From Macrostomum lignano (lineage: Eukaryota), in contig NIVC01002740.1 in the NCBI GenBank assembly GCA_002269645.1, forward strand, positions 80,182-144,181: DNA of 64,000 bases, in the 5' to 3' direction. Position numbers and translations under genes: made by a program. How positions within the stretch are numbered: the stretch's first letter is position 1; each line of letters opens with the position of its first letter. The notes below the pieces were generated by a model, which was given only the letters and a program-made list of their open reading frames with translations, searched no databases and was not told the origin of the DNA. Below, one piece after another: positions 23,026 to 35,596 of the stretch.

Positions 23026-26000
23026 ATGCAGCAGCAGCCGCAGCAGCATCAGCAGAGGCCGCCAGTGCCGACAAGGTTCGTCCACGCCGACACGAATCTG
23101 TCGCCGGACACTGGCGTCACCTACGGCGTGCGCTACCTGGGCAACGTGCCTGTGCTGGCCAGCACCAGGTCGCTGAGTCCGGAGATCCGCAATCAGGTAA
23201 GACACTGTTAGGATATTGATTGGGCGATTTTGGATTACAGTTGCTTGAAAATGAAATTTGATCACCAAAAGCCGCCTCGCCGTTTACGTCAATCCAGGTG
23301 ACCCGCGCGGCCATCGCCATGTGCTGCGAGGCGGACGGCGCCAACGCCGCTCGGTCTCGCCGCCCAGCCGGGCCGGCCGCTGCTCACCTTGGCGAGCGGC
23401 CGGTGCTGCAGTTCAGCGGCCGGGCGGCGCGCATCTGCATCAGCACCCGGTCAATCGCCGTGCTGGCCTCGGACACCCAGGAGACCATCGCGCATCACAA
23501 TTTAATTAACGTCTCCTTCGCTAGCGGCGGCGACTCCGACACTGTTGACTGCGTAGCCTACGTTGCTAAGGACTCGTTGCTAGGCCGGGCCTGTCACGTG
23601 ATTGAATGCCCGGACGGCCTGGCGGCGGAGGTCGTTTCAACAATTGGCCAGGCGTTCGAGTTGCGTTATAGGGGCGCCTTTGGCGGGGTGGAGCAGCAGC
23701 AGCAGCAGCAGCCACCCGTTTCCACTTCGCAGTACGTCGAGCTTCGTCGCAGCGACGACCCGGCTTTGGCCGTCGCAGCCGCGGAGGTGCCAGTCGGCAA
23801 CTTGTTGAATCTAGAAGACGACACCGGCGGCAGCAGTCAGTTTAACGACAGCCAGTCGAGCGGTGCAGCAAGCAACGTAGCGTCGCCTGGCATCAATGGT
23901 TTGTTGAATTCTACTACTTGCAGTAGGATGTAGCTGATGTTTTTTCTATGCATTAGTTTGCTGGGGAGCTGTCACAGTGCCGCTAAGTCAAGCCGACAGT
24001 CGAACCGCAGCCAGCGAGGAGACAAGCATTTGGCACACATAAGACACCCGAATTGGCACACCTGCGACGCTAATTGGCACACATAAGACACCCGAATTGG
24101 CACACCTGAGACGCTAATTGACAAACCTAATACAGTTACTCGTATTGACACCTGAGACACTACCCAAGTAAAAAATCAGTTTTATTAGCGTTCAGAAAAC
24201 GTTTTCGGACTCATAACGTTGTCAAAAAGTTTTTCTCTGAGCTTTAAAAACGTTCAGAATGTCCTAAAAAACGTTAATTTGGACGAACTGGCAACGTTCT
24301 GGAACGTTTTCCTGAAAACGGTTATTAAGGAACAGTTCTTATTCAGCTTTCTAAGACAACTTTGCCTTAAGTCAAGCATTTAGTTAATAACAGTTCCTCG
24401 CGGAATGTTAAATATTGTAAGATTAGCATGAATTACTTGACTGAATTGACTGAAAGACAGCAGCAATGAATTCGAGAACTTTCATTAGATTTTTTACAAT
24501 TTAAATGACCAGTTACTGTTCATTTACAACTTACCACTTAAAAGTTGAACGTCTCGACAACCGTCTCTGCTGCAGTTGACCGCTTGCGCGTCTCAAAATC
24601 GGGCGATTCAAATGCCACCGCTGATGGCAATTGAATCTTCAAAAAAAAACAGCTCGGTCTCGTTTCCTTGACAGGTAGCAACGCACGGTTCTCTCGCGTT
24701 TTTGTCCCTGTGATCCGCATGATTTCGCTCATGCCATGACCAGCGTCATGTAGATCGGCAATCCGTGTCACCCTAATGCAGTGATTCGTGTACTGACGCA
24801 AAAGTTTGCATTGCTTGCTCAGGCGCTGCATAAAAGAATTAAACCAATTTATTCCACGGCGTAAACTATCCGTCACCTTGTCATTCGGCAGTGGCCTGCG
24901 AAACAGAAAATCTTCTTTTTAATCCATGGGAAGCAGTGCAATGTACTTCTTGACTAGGTGTGCTCTTGGCCGTGCTTACCAAAAACATGCAAAAAGGTAA
25001 ATGGACTTCTTTCTGCAGCACAAGATCGCCGTCTTCAATAGCCTCAAACTGCTTAATTGAGCCACCAGGGTTATAAAATTCTCTAACCTTATCTCTCAAC
25101 ATACGATTCGCACTTTTAAACTGCTCGGATGCAGCTCGGATGCAGATTCCAGCTCCGATGCAGATTCCAGCTCCGATGCAGATTCCAGCTCGGATGCATA
25201 CTAGACTAGCTGGAGAATAAAATAAAGGTCCGTAATGGAGGTCCGCGGCGTCTATATATACGGACCTTACTAAAAATTCGAACCTTAACGTCCAAAACTA
25301 GAGGTCCACTGCAGGTTCAAATTTATCGTCCACGTTTATACATATGGACCTTAATGTCCGAAATTTGAGGTCCCCATCCGTATTTTTGCTGTGTAGCGTA
25401 CATCAAAAGAGCACGATTAACCCACTATCAAAATATTGTATTATAGATTTTGCACAATAATTAGACATCAGGCTTTGCGCATGAAATACCCACGGCTTAT
25501 CAATAACCATATAGTAAGTTGTGTAAAGAAAGGAAGTCAGGCATCAGGTAACGACAACTGTTTTCATTATCATTATGTATTGATGGTTTTAATGCAAAAA
25601 ACAATGCCAAACTACAAAACAGTAAGCAACTAACGCAACAAAAATACTATATATTACATAATATACTTTAACTAATACTTTAAATAAAAGATTGACCATT
25701 TCCTTTGAACTACGCGTGTTACAATGAATGCACTACCATATAGTGCAAAAAGTTCAAATGTGTACTGAGCTTTGTAGTGCTAATGGTCGCTAGACGCAAC
25801 AAAAATACTATGTTGAGCAATACCAATATTAATTTAAATTAAAGATAGCCATTTCTTTTGAACAAAAGTTTAAATGAGAAGTTATAATGATAAAACCGTT
25901 TAACAGACTAAGACGCCCTTGGTAAATGTCCCAATGTACCCCAAAACAAATAGGCCCCGGTCATAGCTGCCTACCGGATTTCCTACCATATATATTTCGG

Positions 26001-29000
26001 GAGCACGAGAAATGCCCGCAGACGAATTGCCCGCCGAGATTTGCCCGCAGGAGATTTGCCCGTGGAGATTTGCCCGTGGAGATTTGCCCGTGGAGATTTG
26101 CCCGCCGAGAATTGCCCGCCGAGATTTGCCCGAAGTGCAATTTGCCCGTGGAGATTTGCCCGCCGAGAATTGCCCGCCGAGATTTGCCCGAAGTGCAATT
26201 TGCCCGCGAGCGAGTTGCCCGCCGAGTTTTTTCCCGCTGAGGTTTGCCCGCAATGCTTTTTCCTGCAGCGCATTTGGCAGCTAGATTCTGTCTGCATTGC
26301 CCCCCCCCATCAGCACATCAGCACGGCCTTTGTCAATTTGGGATGCTGACGGAAACTCGGGAAAACTCTTCTGATTCATCAGAAGTCATCGTTTCTAAGG
26401 GACCATAAATAGGATAGTGCGCGCAAACCTCAGAAAAGTTTCGACTACCAGAAAAATACGAAAACTAGGTTTTCGTGACATCTAAACTACATAAATTGTA
26501 TTTGTAATGAAAACAATAAATTATTCAAAAATAGCGATGCCCTTCCAAGAAACAAGTTAAAACAATATTATAGTGTTAGTTTAATTTAATTTTTTTAATT
26601 AACTAATACGCTCGTATTTGCTAACAAGCAGAGACAAGCAACAGCTTGAAAAAAATGTTTACTTTTGAGAAAACATACTCTTTTTGGATTTGGTAACCGA
26701 TTTTTTTTATAAATTAGGTGGTAGGTATATACTCAACAGTTTTCTCTAGGAAAAAAAACAATGCAGTACATCTGTAAATAAGTAGAATATGATTTTTTGT
26801 CCCAAAGACCACTACATTTTACAACATTCACTATTGTGCTTTTTCATGTGTAGGAATACAAGGATTCACCGTCTTTGAAATACTGACATAAAACCAAGTT
26901 TTTTACTTCCGTTCCATCCATGAAAATGTCATTGATAGAAAAAAGTTTGAGCTGTTATGTCTAAGAAGAAACAGCTTTGTAGAAATAAGCCGATCACTTG
27001 TTTAATAAAAACTATAGTTACAATGAATACCCGAAACTTAAATAAAATTCTTAAAGGCATCAGCACTGCAGGGACTTAGTGGACCAAAGCTGAAAAAATC
27101 AGCTGACAAATGATTTAAAGCATGAACATTTTGGGTGGTGAAACTATGTCTAGCGGGTGTATTATTAAAGTTAGGAAGATACGGGTTATTGTTGTTTTGT
27201 TGTTAGTTTTAAAAAAATAACAATTTGTGGAATTGTTGATGAGGATTCACTAAGCTGTAGTTCGGTGTTTGGGCATGTAAAGTTTTGGACTTAGATTTTT
27301 TCATTTAATCGTTCATGCTTGTTTTAAGACATTGTTGTTTATTATCGATTTTGACTGCTATTGAAATAACTGCCTTCAACAGTGAGTTGGCATAATTATA
27401 AAGCACGTGGTTGCTTTGGATTTTCTCATTGTGGAAAACTACTTGAAGTGCCGTATGTAGCAGAAGAAAGACTTAATCTCTGATAACCCTCGAGGCTTTC
27501 TTGAAAATTCCGGTACCATTTGGTCTGAATCCAAATTGTTTAAGTGTTCAATAAGAGTTTATAACATCAACAATCTGATGCATTACACTTTCCTTTGCCT
27601 GGTTTTCCATGGATCCAAACAAAAAGTAAGCGGCGCATACACTTAAATTTAGGCATTGCATTGGATCACTTGGAAATGATTCAATTATATCTTGTCAGAG
27701 TTCCAAAATGGGCTGCTTCGAACATGATGCTCCTTACCTAACTTTTGGCGAAATGCTTTATTTTTCTTTGGATTTCCATGATCAATAAAAACATTGATCG
27801 AGAAGTCTGACCATTGTCCAGAAATAGTACATTAGTCCAATAGTACAATAGTACAACTTGAATAACCATTGTGACCTTTAGTACATTTAATTAACATAGG
27901 ACTTCGCAGGAAGATCAGCAGTTATGAATTGGAGTGAAATTTTACAATTTGATCATAAAATTGAAATCCATTTTTTAATTTCCAAAATTCAGCAACAATA
28001 TCTTTCAAATAAATTGATAGGTCAGGTATTCCAATGCCATAAAAATTACGATCACAAAACAACAATTTTTTTTAAAGTAAAAATTGCTTGTTTTTACCTT
28101 TTAAAGAGGCTAATTCCCTCCACGATAATGAAAAGTTGCACATGGTTAATAAAAAGCTAAATTTTCGACCAAGTATATGAATACTTAGTAATGATTCAAT
28201 GCCAACGCATATACATATATATTATTATAATATATACTAGTATAAATATATACGAGATATATACGAGTTATTATATACGAGTATATTGGCATTGATTAAA
28301 AAGTTGAGGACTGCTTGGAATTAATTTATTTGAATCCAGCAGTTTCTGCAGTTTGAGGGAGTTTCTTACTCAATATATTGTTTCTTTAATAACGGGAGTA
28401 ATTATGTTATATTCTGCTTAGGTATATTTGATCAAAGATCTTCTAGAAAGCTTTGTTTTTTATAAACTCTTCATCTTCAAATTCATTATTAATATCAGAA
28501 TCCAAACAAGTGAGTACGAATACTAAAAATGAAAATATATTTTATAATAAGGTTAAAAGGATTGAATTATAATCGAATTACATTTTGAGTAATGTCTGGG
28601 TATATTTTTCGTTGCTTGTAACTATGATTAAAAGCAATTATAATTCAGTAATAGTTGCCTAAATTTAATATTTAGTAAAAGAAAGCTCAAAATGTAAATT
28701 AAAAAAACGGTTAAGCTATTAAACTTTAATTTCTTTAAAGTTAAACCATTACATAAAGTGTAAAAAAAACAGTTCGTAACTTAGTTATTAAAAGCCACAG
28801 TGGCTAAAATAAAATAAGCACAAGCAAAGCTTTAAGCCCAGGCTATATTGAAAATGAAGTTTAAATATTGAAAACTATATTGATATAGTTTTGTATTATA
28901 GAACTATACAAGCAATATATTATAAAATATATTGTAAAATATATTAGCAAAACACTAAAGAATCTGCTGAATTATGTACAGTCCTACATGTATATGTACA

Positions 29001-30767
29001 TGCCTATCCTATCGACTGAGTTGCTTGAACTTCTTGAAAACTGCAACTTAAAATAGGTATATCACCGCCAACATTGGCACTACTAACTGTACCACCACTA
29101 CTTAAGCGTCTGGTAGCAGTATCTAAATCTATGCATTCTAAATCAGGAATGAATTTTTTCAAGGAACACAATTTATGTTTACGATTGCGACTCATACACA
29201 CGACATACTATACCAGATTTTGCTTAAATAAACAATTCTAAATTCTTATCAGTAATATACGCAAGCAACTTCAGGATATCAAGTATAAACCATTGAAAAA
29301 ACAATGAGCAAGGATGATACACTGAGTAATATAGTAATAGACACATCAAGTCTGAACATAAAAACACTGAATTCGGGAGAGAGATTTTTCAAATAATTAA
29401 AGATGTATAACAAATATAAGTCAGTTAAATAAAGTGAAACATGCTTCTAAAAGCTCCTACTGTTAACGTCGCTTTCACTAACATGTTTAACTACTTTAAT
29501 GATGATGATAAAGTGATGGCACACCTGAGACACCCGAATTGGCACATCCGAATTGGCACATCCGAATTGGCACATCTGAGACACCCGAATTGGCACATCC
29601 GAATTGGCACACCTGAGACACCCGAATTGGCACATCCGAATTGGCACATCCGAATTGGCACATCTGAGACACCCGAATTGGCACATCCGAATTGGCACAC
29701 CTGAGACACCCGAATTGGCACATCCGAATTGGCACATCTGAGACACCCGAATTGGCACACCTGAGACACCCGAATTGGCACATCCGAATTGGCACATCTG
29801 AGACACCCGAATTGGGACATCCGAATTGGCGCATCTGAGACACCCGAATTGGCACATCCGAATTGGCACACCTGAGACACCCGAATTGGCACATCCGAAT
29901 TGGCACATCTGAGACATCCGAATTGGCACATCCGAATTGGCACATCCGAATTGGCACACCTGAGACACCCGAATTGGCACACCTGAGACACCCGAATTGG
30001 CACATCTGAGACACCCGAATTGGCACACCTGAGACACCCGAATTGGCACACCTGAGACACCCGAATTGGCACATCCGAATTGGCACATCTGAGACACCCG
30101 AATTGGCACATCTGAGACACCCGAATTGGCATATCTGAAACATCCGAATTGGCACATCTGAGACACCCGAATTGGCACATCTGAGACACCCGAATTGGCA
30201 CACCTGAGACACCCGAATTGGCACATCTGAAACATCCGAATTGGCACATCTGAGATACCCGGATTAGCGCAGTTAAAATCAAGTTCTAATACGAGGCCGC
30301 TACCTGCCTCGCCCCTTTTTGGATGTTTAAGGCAACGATGATGTCTAAGTTTTTTTCTACTTCCCAATCTTTCAGGCACCTCAGAGCCGCCCCCGCAGCT
30401 GCCGCCCCGACAGGCGGTGTCGCCAGCAGCATCGGCAATCAGCGGAGCCTCGGTCCCGGAGCCGGTGTCGCAGCCGTGGTACCACGGCCCCATCAGCCGG
30501 CAGCAGGCCGAACGGTTGCTGTCAGCCGCCGGCGATTTTCTTGTCCGAGCAGCCACCGGCCAGCCCGGCCAGTTTGTGCTGAGCGGCCGCCTGGCCGAGG
30601 GCCGCTGCAAGCACCTGCTATTGGTTGATCCTGACGGCCGGGTTCGAACTCGGGACCGCGCGTTCGATAGTCTTGAACAGCTAGTTGCTTTCCACGTTGA
30701 TAGCCGGTTGCCCATAGTTAGTGAGGACAGCGAGCTGGTCCTGTGCTGTCCTGTGTCCAGAGCTTAA
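23026..30767 (+). CDS. SHC1: Shc adaptor protein (PTB-CH1-SH2), about 387 aa
   Basis: Exons 23026-23196, 23298-23898, 30376-30767 (1164 nt, frame-consistent). PTB: GVTYGVRYLG, IAHHNLINVSFASGGDSDTVDCVAYVAKD, RACHVIECPDGLA.EVVSTIGQAFELRY. SH2: PWYHGPISRQQAERLL...GDFLVR...GQFVLSG...KHLLLVDPDGRVRTRDRAFDS. Confidence 0.93.
24030..24160. repeat. Left remnant of the TGGCACACCTGAGACACCCGAAT minisatellite
   Basis: Same units and orientation as 29517-30262. Confidence 0.85.
24540..25090 (-). pseudogene. Degenerate Crypton-type tyrosine recombinase fragment
   Basis: Minus strand reads KKYIALLP..*..FLFRRP...GINWFNSFMQRLSKQCKL..YTNHCIRVT (HxxR)..LHDAG..MSEIMRITG, then after a 1-nt shift QKRERTVRCY (catalytic Tyr position). 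Contains a stop codon and frameshifts. Confidence 0.75.
26020..26260. repeat. ~14-bp minisatellite (GAGATTTGCCCGTG variants)
   Basis: Visible tandem TTGCCCG cores. Confidence 0.9.
26990..27830 (-). pseudogene. Highly degenerate EnSpm/CACTA-type transposase fossil
   Basis: Minus strand, across several frames and stops: FRQKLGKEHHVRSSPF, FPSDPMQCLNL, PEFSRKPRGLSEI, YANSLL, QNVHALNHLSADFFSFGPLSPCSA. This is the motif order of animal CACTA transposases. Confidence 0.65.
29517..30262. repeat. Mixed 14/23-bp minisatellite (TGGCACATCCGAAT / TGGCACACCTGAGACACCCGAAT) at the end of Shc intron 2
   Basis: Direct observation. Confidence 0.95.
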
Positions 30768-31034
30768 CCCCCTTCCCTCCTCATCCATGGCTTAACGTCG
30801 GCTGAATGGCTTATGCCTTGCCTGTCTGTCGATCGCTCTCGATGCCTTACTGTTGCGTCTCCTTAACAAAGTTAGGCTGCCATATAGCTTAACCAGTTTG
30901 CTCTGTTTCAGAGCTGTGTAGAAAGTTTTAATTAGAAGAAACAGTTACTTTGTTTACTAAAGCATGCGCACTTTTGCCCTGTCTTTTTTATATTAATCAA
31001 CAATTTTAGCCAAAATATTATTGCAATTTTAGTA

Positions 31035-32430
31035 AGAGAGGGAGAGAACAGCCAGTGTAAAAATAGGGTCACAGGAATGTACATTGGGGCAGAGAGGGAG
31101 AGAACAGCCAGTGTAAAAATAGGGTCGCAGGAATGTATATTGGGGCAGAGAGGGAGAGAACAGTCAGTGTAAAAATAGGGTCGCAGGAATGTACATTGGG
31201 GCAGAGAGGGAGAGAACAGCCTGTGTAAGAATAGGGTCGCAGGAATGTATATTGGGGCAGAGGGAGAGAACAGCCAGTGTAAAAATAGGGTCGCAGGAAT
31301 GTACATTGGGGCAGAGAGGGAGAGAACAGCCAGTGTAAGAATAGGGTCGCAGGAATGTATATTGGGGCAGAGAGGGAGAGAACAGTCAGTGTAAAAATAG
31401 GGTCGCTGGAATGTATATTGGGGCAGAGAGGGAGAGAACAGTCAGTGTAAAAATAGGGTCGCAGGAATGTACATTGGGGCAGAGAGGGAGAGAACAGCCT
31501 GTGTAAAAATAGGGTCGCAGGAATGTACATTGGGGCAGAGAGGGAGAGAACAGCCAGTGTAAAAATAGGGTCGCAGGAATGTACATTGGGGCAGAGAGGG
31601 AGAGAACAGCCAGTGTAAAAATAGGGTCGCAGGAATGTACATTGGGGCAGAGAGGGAGAGAACAGCCAGTGTAAAAATAGGGTCGCAGGAATGTACATTG
31701 GGGCAGAGAGGGAGAGAACAGCCTGTGTAAAAATAGGGTCGCAGGAATGTACATTGGGGCAGAGAGGGAGAGAACAGCCAGTGTAAAAATAGGGTCGCAG
31801 GAATGTACATTGGGGCAGAGAGGGAGAGAACAGCCTGTGTAAAAATAGGGCCGCAGGAATGTACATTGGGGCAGAGAGGGAGAGAACAGCCAGTGTAAAA
31901 ATAGGGTCGCAGGAATGTACATTGGGGCAGAGAGGGAGAGAACAGCCAGTATAAAAATAGGGTCGCAGGAATGTACATTGGGGCAGAGAGGGAGAGAACA
32001 GCCAGTGTAAAAATAGGGTCGCAGGAATGTACATTGGGGCAGAGAGGGAGAGAACAGCCAGTGTAAAAATAGGGTCACAGAAATGTACATTGGGGCAGAG
32101 AGGGAGAGAACAGTCAGTGTAAAAATAGGGTCGCAGGAATGTACATTGGGGCAGAGAGGGAGAGAACAGTCAGTGTAAAAATAGGGTCGCGGGAATATAC
32201 ATTGGGGCAGAGAGGGAGAGAACAGCCAGTGTAAAAATAGGGTCGCAGGAATATACATTGGGGCAGAGAGGGAGAGAACAGTCAGTGTAAAAATAGGGTC
32301 GCGGGAATATACATTGGGGCAGAGAGGGAGAGAACAGCCAGTGTAAAAATAGGGTCGCAGGAATATACATTGGGGCAGAGAGGGAGAGAACAGTCAGTGT
32401 AAAAATAGGGTCGCAGGAATATACATTGAG
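31035..32430. repeat. 56-bp minisatellite (AGAGAGGGAGAGAACAGCCAGTGTAAAAATAGGGTCGCAGGAATGTACATTGGGGC)
   Basis: Period 56 measured (31501 to 31557); about 25 copies. Confidence 0.97.
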
Positions 32431-33049
32431 GCGGTGTCTTGCTAAATATTTAGCAAAAAAGTGCTGTTAAACTGTGCAATAAAATTTATCTTTATTCATT
32501 TCTTTGTTCCATTTTCAAAGTCATGTGAATAACAGTATGTGGATCCCATTTCTGTTGCCAACGCAGCTATTTATATTTTGCAACCACTGAGTCTTTAAGT
32601 CTGACATTTTCATTAAGTCGGATCGTCACAGCCTGCAGCAATACTTTCCTCCGTAGGTCCTGGTGGATTGGCTGTATAAAATTTATTGTCCGTATTTTGT
32701 CATCAAAGCGTTATTATTGTATTGTGAAAGCTTTGACCGATTTTAAGTCACATTATGCGCTGTGCAATAATTTTACCAATGCTAATAAATATTGCAGTTC
32801 GGCATGCTCTTTTCTCAAAAATTTACCGTAACTGGCTCTTTAAGCCACAAACTATTAGCCTTAGTGTGTACACACATTTCATATATAATACACTATACAC
32901 GTTTGGGTGCTTAATGTTAAAATTTATTATACAATATTTGTTAAGCACTGTAATAAACTATACATTTTGGTCTTTAGAGTTGTGTTTTAAATTGCTGATC
33001 CTTCGGCTAATTTTTTTACCCGTCAATCAAACGGAGAGACGCACTCGCA

Positions 33050-33745
33050 TCAGCCGCGTGTTGAACTGTTAAAAGACTCGGGGGAGACATCAGTCAAGCC
33101 AGGTTCTTGGTTTAACCGAAGGGTGACCTTTTCATTACCAACTTCTACTCCACCGTTGTTGGGCTCCCCATCAGCCCATAGAGCGGCGCTTATACCCGGG
33201 CCGTGGCAACCCACCGCCAGCCTTCGCGCGGCTCGCCGCTGCCTTGAGTCTGGTAGCCACCCAGCCACACGGATCCGCCATCCGAGTACACGCTGCTGAA
33301 CTGCGAGTTGATGAAGCTCATCTCTGGCCATGATTACGAGACCGAACTCACTGTCGCACCCCTGCTTCTGCTTGCTCTGCTGCCAGTTGCCAGAGTTGGA
33401 GTACAGCTTGTACTTCACTCCCCACAGCTGCTCATTGTAGCCAGACGGACACAGCCTGCTTGGCTGCAGTCCCGCCTGCCTCCTCACGAACAGCCGACCA
33501 GTGGCTGAGCAGCTGCAGTTTCCCACCCGATGGGCATCTAGCCCCGTGAACTCGCTGTTGATGCGCAGGCTGTCGTTGACCGCCTTGAACGACAAGGCGG
33601 TGACGCCGCCAGGCAAGTAGCGGCCTGGAAGCCGAGGATTAGCACAATTAATAATAGAACGCAAGTCGAATGCATACAGTTGGTGCGGCTCTCTCAAGTC
33701 GATGTAAATTTTTGTGGGCTCCTTATTTGCTGGAATAGCGCGCGC
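33050..33745 (-). CDS. CUB-like + C-type-lectin-like protein (partial or truncated; possible pseudogene)
   Basis: Open frame from an AG acceptor at 33746-33747. SFKAVNDSLRINSEF resembles a CUB C-terminal strand. Then CPSGY...KYKLYSNSGNWQQSKQKQGC...LWADGEPNN (CTLD with EPN). The final CTLD Cys and WND motif are missing, and no 5' exon was identified. Confidence 0.5.
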   Translation of the reverse strand, partial: ARAIPANKEPTKIYIDLREPHQLYAFDLRSIINCANPRLPGRYLPGGVTALSFKAVNDSLRINSEFTGLDAHRVGNCSCSATGRLFVRRQAGLQPSRLCPSGYNEQLWGVKYKLYSNSGNWQQSKQKQGCDSEFGLVIMARDELHQLAVQQRVLGWRIRVAGWLPDSRQRRAARRLAVGCHGPGISAALWADGEPNNGGVEVGNEKVTLRLNQEPGLTDVSPESFNSSTRG

Positions 33746-34396
33746 CTAAACATCAACACAGCTTGGCGAATATGTTTCAATTGTCTTGCTTTGTCGCCGC
33801 GTTGTTTGCCTTCTACTTGATATAATAGAATATAGCATTTTAAATTGTTTACTAAAAATGGCAGCCATCCTTATATCGCCAGTGCTTGTTCGTGTGCAGG
33901 GACTTCTATAGAGATCCCTGTCTCAGTGGACTGGAGGCTAGAATAATTAAGTCAAACCCCAGTAAACGAACATAAATCGTTGTCATGCCAGCGACAAAAT
34001 GAAAGGGCCGTGTTTTATTTTAGTTTCCAGTCCACCGATTCCATTTCTAAAAGTCCCTGGCTTGGCTTGTGGTTGCCATCGTGAGTGGTTGTGAGTGACA
34101 CTTTAGACAATGCCTCTCAAGTAGGCTCGGCAAACCGGTAGGCTCGCTTGTCATCGAGTTTCTCAGTCAGAAATTCACGCATTCTCTATGGTCAACCCTA
34201 TCTTCATTCTGTAGACTTTCAACTCTGATGATTCTTGGACATTTGTCTATGGTTAAAGCAAGGTGAAAGGGCAGTTTTAGACTTACTTAATTAATTAATA
34301 GTTATCTTTGAGAGTGAGAATGATAATTAAGGGACTGCTTCTTCAATAGAAATTCGCTGAGGTATTAGAGCTAACAAGCTAGCTGCGACATCGAAC

Positions 34397-34907
34397 ATGC
34401 CCCGCATTTCTCTGCCGGCTCAAGTGCTGCTGATTGTGGCTGTCATTTTCGTTGGAAACGCTTGTGCCTGCAAAAAAGTCACCAAACCAATCAAGAAACT
34501 TTTTGCCAGTAAGTACACCATGTAGTAGTCAACTGTGTCTTATTACATCATTTGATCTGACCCGAATCAGTTAACTTACTATGGGTGTTTAAATCGCAGA
34601 CCCAAAAGTTACGGAGGTCGATGGGCACACCTGCTACACTAAGGAATCCATCCGGATTGACCAAGGCATGCCTGCCTACACTAACAATGGCATGGCTAAC
34701 GACTTGTCCGCTGATGCGTGCAAGAAATTCTGCAAAGACCAGGGCTTTAAAGGCAAAATTGTCGGGGTGACACCAACGGAGTGCCACTGCAACAAGTACA
34801 TGAAGTACGACGGCGCCAGAGAAGCCGACAAGTGTTCAATCCGTTGCCGGGGCAACGATCAGCAGTTTTGCGGCGGCCTTGGCTACGTGTCCGTGTACCC
34901 AGCTTAG
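34397..34907 (+). CDS. Secreted single-WSC-domain protein 1 (139 aa)
   Basis: Exons 34397-34508 and 34600-34907, phase-1 intron. Signal peptide (VLLIVAVIFVGNACA), then CKKVTKPIKKLFA, then the 8-Cys WSC pattern CY...CKKFC...TECHC...C.I.C.GNDQQFCGG.GY.SVY. Confidence 0.88.
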
Positions 34908-35596
34908 CTGAAGCCGCTGCACTGCACTGCACTCTATCTGTAGCCCATTGCCGAGTTGCTTTTGGACAGCCAATGCACTGTAGATCATATCGCTTAAAAT
35001 GGAGTCTTACTGGCCATATTTTATTTTATTGCTTTTCTTATTGTGTTAACGAGTCTGTATAGGTCTAAATGTGTAAGAATGTTTATTTCTATATACGTTG
35101 CTAAAATACTACCTTCTAAGACTACTTAAGACTAATGCTAATACTTGCTTTCTCGAGTCACTTACACGTATTAAAATTGCACGTGTGTTTTTCAGTACGT
35201 TTTAAAGGTATTAAAGTACAGAAAGCCCCTTACAAATGCGAAAGTCAACCTGAAGAAGTTAGGAATTCTTGACTGCTATGTGTTCTACCTGTTCTCACAT
35301 ACGAGTCAGAGTGCTGGACCATGTCACAATACCACCAGCAATGAAGAGCAGAATCGAGGTAATGGGGTTGCTCTGCTAAAAAGGAAGTTGATTACGAACA
35401 TTTAGAGACAGCAGTTGGAGTTTTTTGACCCTATTATGAGCTGTTTAATTGCTTAGGCCTTAGGACAAATAACAAAGAACGAACTAACACTAGAAGCTAA
35501 ATTTAGTAACAGACAGACAGTGATGCTTAAACGGTCGTAAAAAGTTGGAAGAGGCCATGACAGCCAGATTTTTTCTAAAGTACTCTCCAGAATAGT

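Noticed and set aside
13395-23026. Operon or trans-splicing of the co-oriented hnRNPUL, DDA1-A, DDA1-B and Shc genes
   Set aside because: Intergenic gaps are ~2 kb and repeat-filled, and there is no direct sequence evidence for outrons.
23955-24050. Possible extra Shc exon after 23955
   Set aside because: Runs into a repeat and a stop with no suitable donor; exons 2 and 3 already join in frame.
29447-30715. 422-aa Cys-rich minus-strand ORF
   Set aside because: Antisense of the Shc SH2 exon fused to an intronic minisatellite.
30932-32370. Overlapping hydrophobic/Cys ORFs
   Set aside because: Products of the 56-bp repeat.
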